The notes under the pieces: generated by a model
What the model saw: only the letters and a program-made list of their open reading frames with translations
Databases searched by the model: none
Told to the model about the DNA's origin: nothing
Origin: Promethearchaeota archaeon
Lineage (GTDB): Archaea; Asgardarchaeota; Lokiarchaeia; Sigyniarchaeales; SOKP01
Assembly (NCBI GenBank): GCA_048938005.1
Contig: JBHLMQ010000002.1
Coordinates: forward strand, 32,001 to 96,000
Direction: 5' to 3'
Length of the DNA stretch: 64,000 bases
Shown: one piece after another, positions 39,357-48,757 of the stretch
Layout of the letters: each line of letters begins with the position of its first letter
Numbering within the stretch: the first letter of the stretch is position 1
Translations under genes and position numbers: made by a program

Positions 39357-42044
39357 TTAGAGCTTAATTTCGTTATCGCATGACCAACATTTATCACCTT
39401 TTTCTTTTAAGATGATAGCGCATTTCATGCAATAACGTGTATTACAGTGAGGGCATAAATATATAAAACCGTCGATTTCTCCTCTGTGCACTATACAAAC
39501 ATATTTTTCCTTTTCGACAGCAACTTCCCCTTCTGTTTTTCGCAATTCTTCCAATTCCTCACGGCTTAATACATGTTCAGAAGAAATTATAGGTTTAGGC
39601 TTTTTAAGCTTTTTTGTGGGTAAAAGTGATAATTTTGTTTCGCCTTCAGGAATAACTCTTTTTCTAGATATTTTACGATGTCTTATTATCATCCCTGTTC
39701 CAAATATTCCTGCAATAGCAATTGTAATTAATATAATTGTTATTAAAAGTGGAAATGGTTCATCAGGTTTATCTATCCATAAAAAAATTTCAATTTTATC
39801 AGTTCCTGTTACTATTATATCATTTTGCCCGTCATTGTTTACATCTCCAACCCAAATGGACCCCCCTCTCCAATCCGTTTCTATTATATCCACATCCCAA
39901 TTCCCGGAAATTTTATTCCAGCTTAACATTGAGATACATCCACGTTTTCTGAATACTAAATCGTTTTGTCCATCATTGTTTGCATCTTCTATAAAAAAAC
40001 TGCCCCCAGGGTCATCACTCCCAGATGGCCTTTGCCATTTTTGTGGAACCCAATTCCTAGAAGTAATATTCCAAAATAGGGTGTAAATAAACGGCCCAGT
40101 TGGATCACTAATTGAGGTAACAATATGATTTTGACCATCATTGTTAATATCTCCTATAAAAATATCTATAGGTATATCTGTAGGTGCCAAACCTAAATTT
40201 TTAGTAATTGTTGGATTCCAATCCTTAGAAGTTACGTTCCAGCAAAGTATTGAAATGCTTTGATCATTTTCATTTGCTGTTACGATCTCATTTTGCCCAT
40301 CATTGTTTGCATCTCCTATAAAAATGTCTGCCAAAGTTGGGGTGTATCCAACATTCTTAGTGATCGTTTTATCCCAATTATTGGAAGTAGTGTTCCAACA
40401 AAGTATAGAGACAATACTACTATTACCTCCAAGAGCTGAACTTACGATATCATTTTGCCCATCATTATTTGCATCCCCCACAAATACATCATATGCTCCG
40501 ACTTGTTTCTTGATTCTTTTATCCCAATCGTTGGAAGAAGTGTTCCAGCATAGTATTGAAATCACGCCTCCATTTGCTACTACAATATCATTTTGCCCAT
40601 CGTTGTTCGCATCTCCCACAAAAACCCTTTGAGGCCAAAGTTCTACCTTTTTTGTGATTTCGGTCCAATTATTAGTTGTGATATTCCAGCAAAATATTTC
40701 AATATAATCGATAGAGGACATAGATTCATAAGGCGCATGTATAATATCATTTTGTCCATCATTGTTAGCATCTCCAATGCAAATGCTACGAGCGTTAAGA
40801 CTATCTATCGTCTGTAGACGACCAAAATGACCAGAAATTTGTTTCCAGCAAATTATTGAGACAGAATTATCTTGAAAATTTGCAGTTACTATGTCATTTT
40901 CCCCGTCATTGTTTACATCTCCTATAAAAACACTTGCATCGCCATCTATCTGCTCCCCAAAATCTCCAACATCCTTAATTATTTCTGTATCCCAATCGTC
41001 AGTAACTACATTCCAGCACAGTATTGAGACTGTATCATCCAAGTAATTTGCAGTAACGATGTCATTTTCCCCATCAATATTTACATCGCCTATAAAAACA
41101 CTCAGGGGGCGCCTACCTACAGATAATTGAATTTCTGCATCCCAATCGTCAGAAATCACATTCCAGCACAGTATTGAGACAGTATTGCCATTACTATTTG
41201 AGGTTACGATGTCATTTTCCCCATCATTATTTGCATCTCCTATAAAAACGCATTTCGGAGCTGATCCGACACTTTTAGAAATTTCTGCATCCCAATCGTC
41301 AGTAGTTACATTCCAGCATAGTATTGAAACTTTATTGCCAAAACCACATGTTATTATGTCATTTTCCCCATCGTTATTTGCATCTCCTATAAAAACACAG
41401 GCTGGGCTATCTCCGACATCTTTAGTAATTTCTGCATCCCAATCGTCAGTATTTACGTTCCAGCATAGTATTGAGACATTATTATCATTATAATTTGCAG
41501 TAATAATATCATTTTCCCCGTCATTGTTTGCATCCGCTACAAAAACACAATCCGGCTCTGATCCGACATTTTTAGTGATTTCTACATCCCAATCTTTTAA
41601 AGTTATGTTCCAGCAAAGTATAGAAATCGTATCATTTAAAAAATTAGCAGTTACGATGTCATTTTGCCCGTCATTGTTAGCATCTCCTATAAAAACGCTA
41701 GTAGGTCGATTTCCAACATTTTTGGTAATTTCTGCATCCCAACCGTTTAAAATTACGTTCCAGCACAGTATTGAGACATTATTATCGTAATAATTTGCAG
41801 TTATAATGTCATTTTGCCCGTCATTGTTTGCATCTCCTATAAAGACACAGCTTGGGGCCCATCCGACATTTTTGGTAATTTCTGCACCCCAATTACCTGA
41901 CGATACTTTAGGTGAGGAGTTTATGGAAGTTGAATTATATGTAGATGGGCCTATCTGAGGTCTATTTTCAGTTAAATTCACGAAGTTAAACTTTAGGATA
42001 AATAAGAAAATCAATATAAACGAAAAGAAGTTCCTCTTCCTCAT
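39357..42044 (-). CDS. single-pass protein: signal peptide, 14 FG-GAP/VCBS repeats, TM, cytosolic RING-like finger (copy 1)
   Basis: 14 x D(A/V/I)N(N/I)DG(Q/E)N motifs; TM LLITIILITIAIAGIFGTGMII; CIVH-x10-CPHC-x4-CMKC-x10-CWSC. Start taken at MRKRNFF. Confidence 0.88.
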   Translation of the reverse strand: MRKRNFFSFILIFLFILKFNFVNLTENRPQIGPSTYNSTSINSSPKVSSGNWGAEITKNVGWAPSCVFIGDANNDGQNDIITANYYDNNVSILCWNVILNGWDAEITKNVGNRPTSVFIGDANNDGQNDIVTANFLNDTISILCWNITLKDWDVEITKNVGSEPDCVFVADANNDGENDIITANYNDNNVSILCWNVNTDDWDAEITKDVGDSPACVFIGDANNDGENDIITCGFGNKVSILCWNVTTDDWDAEISKSVGSAPKCVFIGDANNDGENDIVTSNSNGNTVSILCWNVISDDWDAEIQLSVGRRPLSVFIGDVNIDGENDIVTANYLDDTVSILCWNVVTDDWDTEIIKDVGDFGEQIDGDASVFIGDVNNDGENDIVTANFQDNSVSIICWKQISGHFGRLQTIDSLNARSICIGDANNDGQNDIIHAPYESMSSIDYIEIFCWNITTNNWTEITKKVELWPQRVFVGDANNDGQNDIVVANGGVISILCWNTSSNDWDKRIKKQVGAYDVFVGDANNDGQNDIVSSALGGNSSIVSILCWNTTSNNWDKTITKNVGYTPTLADIFIGDANNDGQNEIVTANENDQSISILCWNVTSKDWNPTITKNLGLAPTDIPIDIFIGDINNDGQNHIVTSISDPTGPFIYTLFWNITSRNWVPQKWQRPSGSDDPGGSFFIEDANNDGQNDLVFRKRGCISMLSWNKISGNWDVDIIETDWRGGSIWVGDVNNDGQNDIIVTGTDKIEIFLWIDKPDEPFPLLITIILITIAIAGIFGTGMIIRHRKISRKRVIPEGETKLSLLPTKKLKKPKPIISSEHVLSREELEELRKTEGEVAVEKEKYVCIVHRGEIDGFIYLCPHCNTRYCMKCAIILKEKGDKCWSCDNEIKL

Positions 42045-42327
42045 ATTTAATCGCCCTAACAAATATTCTTACTGTTTTTCAAATTCAATTTTTTTAAAAT
42101 AATTCTTCTTTTACTTCTATATTTCTCCTTTATGATCAATATATTTTTTGGATTGAAGCACTTGCTAAAGGACTAAATACTTTATTGATTAATCTCTATA
42201 AGATGTTATAAAATAAAATCATATTTAACAATATTGTACATAAAGAATATAAATATCGTAAAGAATGAAAATAAAAAAATTTAGATGAATAAAAAAAGTG
42301 ATAAAAAGCAATTATCGAAATTGATTC

Positions 42328-44997
42328 TTAGAGCTTAATTTCGTTATCACATACCCAACATTTATCACCTTTTTCTTTTAAGATGATAGCGCATTTCATG
42401 CAATAACGTGTATTACAGTGAGGGCATAAATATATAAAACCGTCAATTTCTCCCCTGTGTACTATACAGACATATTTTTCAGTTTCTACAGCAACTTCTC
42501 CTTCTATTTTTTCCAATTCTTCCAATTCCTCAGGGCTTAGTATGTGCTCAGAAGAAACTGTACTCAGAGGCTTTTTAAGCTTTTTTGTTGGTAAGAGTGG
42601 TAATTTTGTTTCGCCCTCAGGAATGGCTCTTTTTTTAGATATTTTGCGATGTCTTATTATCATACCTGTCCCAAATATTCCTGTAATGGCAATTGATATT
42701 AATATTATTGTCACTAAAAATGGAAATGATTCATCAGGATTATCTAACCATAAAAAGACTGAAATATATTCACCAGAAGATGATTCATGTGCTACTACTA
42801 TATCATTTTGCCCATCATTATTTACATCTCCCACAGAAACGTCAAAAGGACGAACCTCAACTGTTTTTCTTGTATCGATATTCCAGTCCTTGGAAATTAT
42901 ATTCCAGCTTAATATTGATATGGTAGGACCCATCCGATTTGCATTTACTACTTCATTTTGCCCATCATTATCTGTATCTCCAATAAAGACACACCTAGGG
43001 TTATCATTTTTTCTGAATTGCCATTTTTGTGTATACCAATTCCTAGAAGTAACATTCCAACATAGTATATAAATAGAACCAAATATATCATCACTTGAGA
43101 CAACAATATCATTTTGCCCATCATTGTTCGCATCTCCAATAAAAATATCAAAAGGTGCCACATTTAAATTTTTAGTAATTGGTGGATTCCAATCCTTAGA
43201 AGTCATATTCCAAACTAGTATTGAGATGCTTTTATTATCGTGATTTGCTGTTACGATCTCATTTTGCCCGTCATTATTAGCATCTCCTATAAAAAGAGTA
43301 TATGGGTTATCTCCAACATTCTTAGTGATTTTTTTATCCCAATTATTGGTAGTAGTGTTCCAACAAAGTATATCGACGGTGTTAGACGTTAAAGTTACAC
43401 CTACAATATCATTTTGCCCATCATTATTTGCATCCCCCACAAATACACTATATGCACTGATTTCTTTAGTGATTCTTTTATCCCAATCGATGGAAGAAAT
43501 GTTCCAACAAAGTATTGAAGTGAAGGCTCCATTTCCTGCTACAATATCATTTTGCCCATCATTGTTTGCATCTCCCACAAAAACGTCTGTAGGCATTGGT
43601 CCTACCCCTTTTGAGATTTGGGGATTCCAATTATCAGATGTAGCATTCCAGCAAAAGATTCCAATGTAATTAAGTACAGTAGTTATGCTGTAAGGTGAAA
43701 ATAAAATATCATTTTGTCCATCATTGTTAGCATCTCCAATGCAAATTCTATTCGAACCAATTCCATTTTCTATCATCTGCAGAGCCAAATGTCCAGAAAT
43801 TTGATTCCAACATAATATTGAAACAGAATTATCATCTTCATTTGATGTCACAATATCATTTTCCCCATCATTATTTGCATCTCCTATAAAAACACAGTTT
43901 GGGGCTGTTCCGACATTTTTAGTGATTTCTGCATCCCAGTTGTTAGCACTTACATTCCAACAGAGGAGTGAGAGTGTATCATCCCAATAATTTGCTGTCA
44001 AGATGTCATTTTCCCCATCATTATTTGCATCTCCTATAAAAACACTCATGGGATGTACACCTACGAATATTGGAATTTCTGCATCCCAATCGTCAGAACT
44101 TATATTCCAACACAGTATTGAGATAGTATTGCCGTCCCTATTTGAGGTTACGATATCATTTTCGCCATCGTTATTTGCATCTCCTATAAAAACGCAACTC
44201 GGAACTGATCCGACACTTTTAGTGATTTCTGTATCCCAATTGTCAGTAATTACATTCCAACATAATATTGAGACTTTATTGCTAAAACTATTTGTTATAA
44301 TATCGTTTTCCCCATCATTATTAGCATCTCCTATAAAAACACAGCTTGGGGCTGCTCCGACATTTTTGGTAATTTCTGCATTCCAATAGGAAGGAGGATC
44401 AGAAGTTACATTCCCACAGAGGAGTGAGATTGTATTATCCAAGTAATTTGCAATTACGATGTCATTTTGCCCGTCGTTGTTAGCATCTCCTATAAAAACG
44501 CTAGTAGGTTGATTTCCCACGTTTTTAGTAATTTCAGCATCCCAATCGTTGGAAGAAGTGTTCCAACAAAATACTGAAATGGTATCATCTAAAGAATTGG
44601 TAGTTATGATGTCATTTTGCCCGTCATTGTTAGCATCTCCTATAAAAACGCTAGTAGGTTGATTTCCAACGTTTTTAGTGATTTCTGCATCCCAAACCTT
44701 TAAAAATACATTCCAGTAAAGTATTGAGACAGTATTATCTACATAATTTGCAGTTACGATGTCATTTTGCCCGTCATTGTTAGCATCTCCTATAAAAACG
44801 CTAGTAGGTTGAATTCCAACGTTTTTAGTGATTTCTGCATCCCAAACTCCTGACGATGCTTTAGGCGAGGAGTTTATAGAAGTAGAGCTATATGTAGATG
44901 TGCCTATTTGAGGTCCATAATTAGTTAAATTCACGAAATTAAAATTTATTATAAATAAGAAAATCAATATAAATGAAAAAAAATTTTTTTTCCACAT
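42328..44997 (-). CDS. single-pass protein: signal peptide, 14 FG-GAP/VCBS repeats, TM, cytosolic RING-like finger (copy 2)
   Basis: Same architecture; near-identical tail CIVH...CPHC...CMKC...CWVC. Confidence 0.88.
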   Translation of the reverse strand: MWKKNFFSFILIFLFIINFNFVNLTNYGPQIGTSTYSSTSINSSPKASSGVWDAEITKNVGIQPTSVFIGDANNDGQNDIVTANYVDNTVSILYWNVFLKVWDAEITKNVGNQPTSVFIGDANNDGQNDIITTNSLDDTISVFCWNTSSNDWDAEITKNVGNQPTSVFIGDANNDGQNDIVIANYLDNTISLLCGNVTSDPPSYWNAEITKNVGAAPSCVFIGDANNDGENDIITNSFSNKVSILCWNVITDNWDTEITKSVGSVPSCVFIGDANNDGENDIVTSNRDGNTISILCWNISSDDWDAEIPIFVGVHPMSVFIGDANNDGENDILTANYWDDTLSLLCWNVSANNWDAEITKNVGTAPNCVFIGDANNDGENDIVTSNEDDNSVSILCWNQISGHLALQMIENGIGSNRICIGDANNDGQNDILFSPYSITTVLNYIGIFCWNATSDNWNPQISKGVGPMPTDVFVGDANNDGQNDIVAGNGAFTSILCWNISSIDWDKRITKEISAYSVFVGDANNDGQNDIVGVTLTSNTVDILCWNTTTNNWDKKITKNVGDNPYTLFIGDANNDGQNEIVTANHDNKSISILVWNMTSKDWNPPITKNLNVAPFDIFIGDANNDGQNDIVVSSDDIFGSIYILCWNVTSRNWYTQKWQFRKNDNPRCVFIGDTDNDGQNEVVNANRMGPTISILSWNIISKDWNIDTRKTVEVRPFDVSVGDVNNDGQNDIVVAHESSSGEYISVFLWLDNPDESFPFLVTIILISIAITGIFGTGMIIRHRKISKKRAIPEGETKLPLLPTKKLKKPLSTVSSEHILSPEELEELEKIEGEVAVETEKYVCIVHRGEIDGFIYLCPHCNTRYCMKCAIILKEKGDKCWVCDNEIKL

Positions 44998-45277
44998 ATT
45001 TAATCTTCCTAATATTTAAACTCAATATTTTTCAAATTCAATTTTTTAAGAATGATTTTTCTTTTAGTTTTATATTTCTTCCTTTAGGATCAAAATAATT
45101 TTTGGATTGAAACACTCCCTTAAGTACTAAATACTTGCTCGATTAATCTCTATAAGATATTATAAAGCAAAATAATATTTAACAATATTGTACGAAAAAA
45201 ATTATAAATATTGTAAATTATGAAAATAAAAAAGTTAATATGAATTATAAGCGAAGAGACTAATTCTATACAAGTTT

Positions 45278-45511
45278 TCATAGAGGAACAACGATATGAG
45301 TTTCGGTTCTATCGACACCTTCTATACTATGGATTTTTGCAAGGATTGTTTTAGCAATTGTTTCGACATCCTTTCCTTCCACTTTAACAATTATATCAAT
45401 ACCACCAGTTACAGGATGAGTTTCTTTTACCTCAGGAATTTTGTTCAATTTTCTGACAACGCTTTCCACAAATCCTGCCTTAGTTTGCATTAAAACGAAA
45501 CATAACGTCAT
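45278..45511 (-). CDS. stand-alone Lrp/AsnC ligand-binding (RAM) domain protein
   Basis: IPEVKETHPVTGGIDIIVKV...IEGVDRTET; no HTH. Confidence 0.85.
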   Translation of the reverse strand: MTLCFVLMQTKAGFVESVVRKLNKIPEVKETHPVTGGIDIIVKVEGKDVETIAKTILAKIHSIEGVDRTETHIVVPL

Positions 45512-45777
45512 TTTTATAAAACTTCTCAATTTTTTTTATTAATTACTTATAGATAGTATCAAGGAAATTTAAAAATCTTTCAGTTTAATTTATTCTCGAT
45601 TTTTGTAAATAAGGGGATTTAAATTACAAAGAAGGGATTTAATTTAATTTGTTTTATTTTATAAGGTAATTGAATATCTTTTTTATATCTAAATGAATCT
45701 TTTTAAAGAATAGAAAAATAAAAATATATAAGGAAATCCCATTTAAATTTTTATTATTAGTCAAGGTAGAACCCAAT

Positions 45778-46728
45778 ATGATATTTACTTTTGAGAATAT
45801 TGTAAAAGGAATAATCTTTGGGGGAAACTTACTAAAGACGAAAATCAAAAAAATTCCTTTAGCAGTAAACTATGATTTAACCTGGCAGTGTAATTTAAGG
45901 TGTGAACATTGTTATTTTTATTCTTCAGCTGAAGAGATAAATGATGGTTCTGATTTAAATCAAAGAGAATTATCTAATGAAGAATGGATTAATGTTTTTA
46001 ATTATCATAGGAATTTGGGAGTACGTAGTGTAGCTTTGACTGGTGGGGAACCAACACTAAGAATGGAACTTCTGTATGAAGCGGTTAAAATATTCCCTTC
46101 TGTACAAATCGCATCAAATGGAATCATAAAATTACCCCAATTTAAATCAAAAAAACAACCAATTTATTGGGTAAGTTTAGATGGAGGAGAGGAAACGCAT
46201 AACTTGATTAGGGGGGCAAATATATTTAATAAAGTAATTGAAAATATCAAGGATGACAAGCGGGTTTTGATCTCTACAACTATAACCAGTAGAAATTATA
46301 ATGAAATAAGTACTGTTGTTAAAATCGCTTATGATGCGGGAGTTGCTGGCATATTTTTCTTATTGTATACAGGATATTCTGGTGATCCCCTATTGGTTAA
46401 AGGAGAGGTTCTCAAAAAAACAACTAAGAATGTTTTAATGAATATGCGTGATTATGGTGATTTCATTTTAATGTCAAAAAAAATGTTTGAATTATATATA
46501 TCTAAAGAATTTGTTCCTCATTGTATATTTAAATCGGGCGGAGTAAAATCTTATTACCCAAATGGGAAAAGAAAATTTTGTGTAATGGGAAATTCTCCAA
46601 AATTATGTGCTAATTGCGGATGTATTGTACCAGTAGGTTCTTATGCGCTTTCTAAGCTTGATCCAGAAACAATTGATAAATTAAAGACATTTTTTTATGG
46701 TAATAATAAGCGTTCAATAAGGGCCTAA
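45778..46728 (+). CDS. radical SAM protein with C-terminal Cys cluster
   Basis: CNLRCEHC, TGGEPT, SNG, VSLDG; C...FC...CANCGC. Confidence 0.9.
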   Translation: MIFTFENIVKGIIFGGNLLKTKIKKIPLAVNYDLTWQCNLRCEHCYFYSSAEEINDGSDLNQRELSNEEWINVFNYHRNLGVRSVALTGGEPTLRMELLYEAVKIFPSVQIASNGIIKLPQFKSKKQPIYWVSLDGGEETHNLIRGANIFNKVIENIKDDKRVLISTTITSRNYNEISTVVKIAYDAGVAGIFFLLYTGYSGDPLLVKGEVLKKTTKNVLMNMRDYGDFILMSKKMFELYISKEFVPHCIFKSGGVKSYYPNGKRKFCVMGNSPKLCANCGCIVPVGSYALSKLDPETIDKLKTFFYGNNKRSIRA

Positions 46729-46842
46729 ATCAATTTTTTTATTTTTAATTGAAATATTAATTTTTTAAGTAGTATTTCTGAATCTTCTTATTTAATCAAC
46801 AATGACTCTAGATGAATGAGTAAATTATAGGGATTAAAGATT

Positions 46843-47691
46843 ATGAGAGAAATAAAAAAAGTCTTAATAATTGGTGCTGGTTTCACAGGGAAACAAATAG
46901 CTGCCACAACAGCTCTATATGATTATAACGTAAATATCTGTGATATAAACTCTGAAATATTAGCAGAAGCAAAAAAGTACATCGATGGAGTATTAAAACG
47001 AAACAAAAAGCTTGAATTAATCAATAAGGTATCTTATTACAATGAGATTGAAGAAGCTGTTAATGATGTAGATCTGGTTATTGAAGCTGTACCAGAGAAT
47101 ATTGGCCTGAAAAAGAAGGTGTTTTCCCAAATCGATCAAATCGCACCTATGAAAACAATAATTGCGACAAATAGCTCCTCAATTCCCGTTTCTAAGATTG
47201 AAGATGCTGTAGGGAGGAAAGATAAAGTATTAAATATCCATTTTTATCCCCCCATTCCTAGACGACCGATGGCAGACGTTATGCGAGGTACTAAAACGAG
47301 TGATAAAACATTTGATATTGGCATAAAATGGATTAAAAGTATAGGATGTTATCCGATTATTCTGAAAAAGGAATGCCATGGTTTTGTTTTCAATAGAATG
47401 TGGCATGCAGCGAGAAGAGAAGCTCTTAAAATTTGGGTGGGAGGGTATGCCGATATTGAAACTATAGATTTAGCATGGAAAACTTTTACGGGTATGAAAA
47501 TGGGCCCTTTCGTATTAATGGATGCTATTGGCTTAGACACCGTTTATGCTGTTCAAATGAGTTATTTTCATGAAAGTGGTGATTTTAGAGATAAACCACC
47601 TGACGAACTTAAAGAAATGGTTGAAAAGGGAGATCTTGGAATGAAATCTGGTAAGGGGTTTTACACGTGGAAAAAACCAAAAAAAACATAA
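46843..47691 (+). CDS. 3-hydroxyacyl-CoA dehydrogenase family protein
   Basis: IIGAGFTG, VIEAVPE, ATNSSS, HFY, GFVFNR, MGPF...D.IGLD, G.KSGKGFY. Confidence 0.9.
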   Translation: MREIKKVLIIGAGFTGKQIAATTALYDYNVNICDINSEILAEAKKYIDGVLKRNKKLELINKVSYYNEIEEAVNDVDLVIEAVPENIGLKKKVFSQIDQIAPMKTIIATNSSSIPVSKIEDAVGRKDKVLNIHFYPPIPRRPMADVMRGTKTSDKTFDIGIKWIKSIGCYPIILKKECHGFVFNRMWHAARREALKIWVGGYADIETIDLAWKTFTGMKMGPFVLMDAIGLDTVYAVQMSYFHESGDFRDKPPDELKEMVEKGDLGMKSGKGFYTWKKPKKT

Positions 47692-47801
47692 AATTAAGAT
47701 TATCCCTATTATTTCAAATTAATAGATTATAATATAATAAAGGTAATTTTAAAAATAATAATCAAGAAAAAGGATATATAAGATGAAGAGGTACGATTTT
47801 T

Positions 47802-48716
47802 ATGAAGCCAAATTTACTAACCGATGAAAAAGTAATTATAACTGCTGCGATTACGGGCGGTATTCAAGGAAAATGGGCAAATCCTGCAATACCTATAACT
47901 CCTGAAGAACAAGCTCAAGATGCATTGGAATGTTATGAAGCAGGAGCATCAATATTACATCTCCATGTTCGTGGTGAAGATGGGCAAAATACGCCAGACT
48001 TGAAATATTATAATAAAGCAGTTAAACTTATACGTGAAAAATGTCCAATTATCGTTCAAATTGGAAATGGTATTGGTGCACGTGTAGCATATGGAGTTAA
48101 AACTAGTAGTAAAGGACGGAAGTATGGTCAAGCTATAGTTATGCCGACTCTTAAAGAAAGATTGAATCTACTTAATATAGATCCACCCCCAGATATGCAT
48201 ACTATTAACGCAGGTACCTTTGAATTTCAAACTAAGTATGCTAACCATACTTTTAACAATCCAATCTCTTTTAATAAAAAATATGTTGAAGGTTGTAACA
48301 AAAAAGGCTTTGGTATTGAGATTGAAGTATATGATACAGGTCATATTGCTAATATTGAGACATTAGTTTCAACGTTCAAGGTGCTAAAACCTCCATTACA
48401 TTTCAGTATTGTTTTAGGGATTGGTGGTGGCGCACCAGCAACTGTTAGAAATTTAATAAACATGGTTGATTTACTACCTGAAGGTTCTACTTGGCAAGTA
48501 GTTACAGTTGGTAAATTAAATCTTCGAATAACTACAATTGCTCTCTGCATGGGGGGAAATATAAGAACAGGACTAGAAGATATTCTCTATTATCGAAAAG
48601 GAGAGATGGTAGAAAATAATGCTCAATTAGTAAAGAGAATGGTTAGATTAGCTAAAGAACTTGGAAGAGAACCTGCTAGTATAGATGAAGCGAGAAATAA
48701 ATTAGGACTAAAATAA
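47802..48716 (+). CDS. beta-keto acid cleavage enzyme (Kce/DUF849 family)
   Basis: IITAAITG, P.TPEE, AGASILHLHVR, EIEVYD, RTGLED. Confidence 0.9.
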   Translation: MKPNLLTDEKVIITAAITGGIQGKWANPAIPITPEEQAQDALECYEAGASILHLHVRGEDGQNTPDLKYYNKAVKLIREKCPIIVQIGNGIGARVAYGVKTSSKGRKYGQAIVMPTLKERLNLLNIDPPPDMHTINAGTFEFQTKYANHTFNNPISFNKKYVEGCNKKGFGIEIEVYDTGHIANIETLVSTFKVLKPPLHFSIVLGIGGGAPATVRNLINMVDLLPEGSTWQVVTVGKLNLRITTIALCMGGNIRTGLEDILYYRKGEMVENNAQLVKRMVRLAKELGREPASIDEARNKLGLK

Positions 48717-48757
48717 AAATTAAGTACAAATCTTCAAAAAAAAAAATAAAAAATAGA

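Larger units (their letters stand above)
39323..45235. repeat. tandem duplication of a ~3-kb unit (gene plus flanks)
   Basis: AAAAGTGATAAAAA...ATCGAAATTGATTCTTAGAGCTTAATTTCG at ~39323 and ~42294; ~200-bp upstream regions (~42075-42290 and ~45028-45235) align by eye. Confidence 0.85.

Noticed and set aside
39800-44850. CRISPR array or DGR in the periodic repeats
   Set aside because: The repeats are ~150-bp in-frame coding units of FG-GAP proteins; there are no unique spacers, cas genes or reverse transcriptase.
39357-44997. Bona fide integrin alpha
   Set aside because: FG-GAP/VCBS repeats are widespread in prokaryotes; no thigh/calf domains, GFFKR motif or beta subunit are seen.
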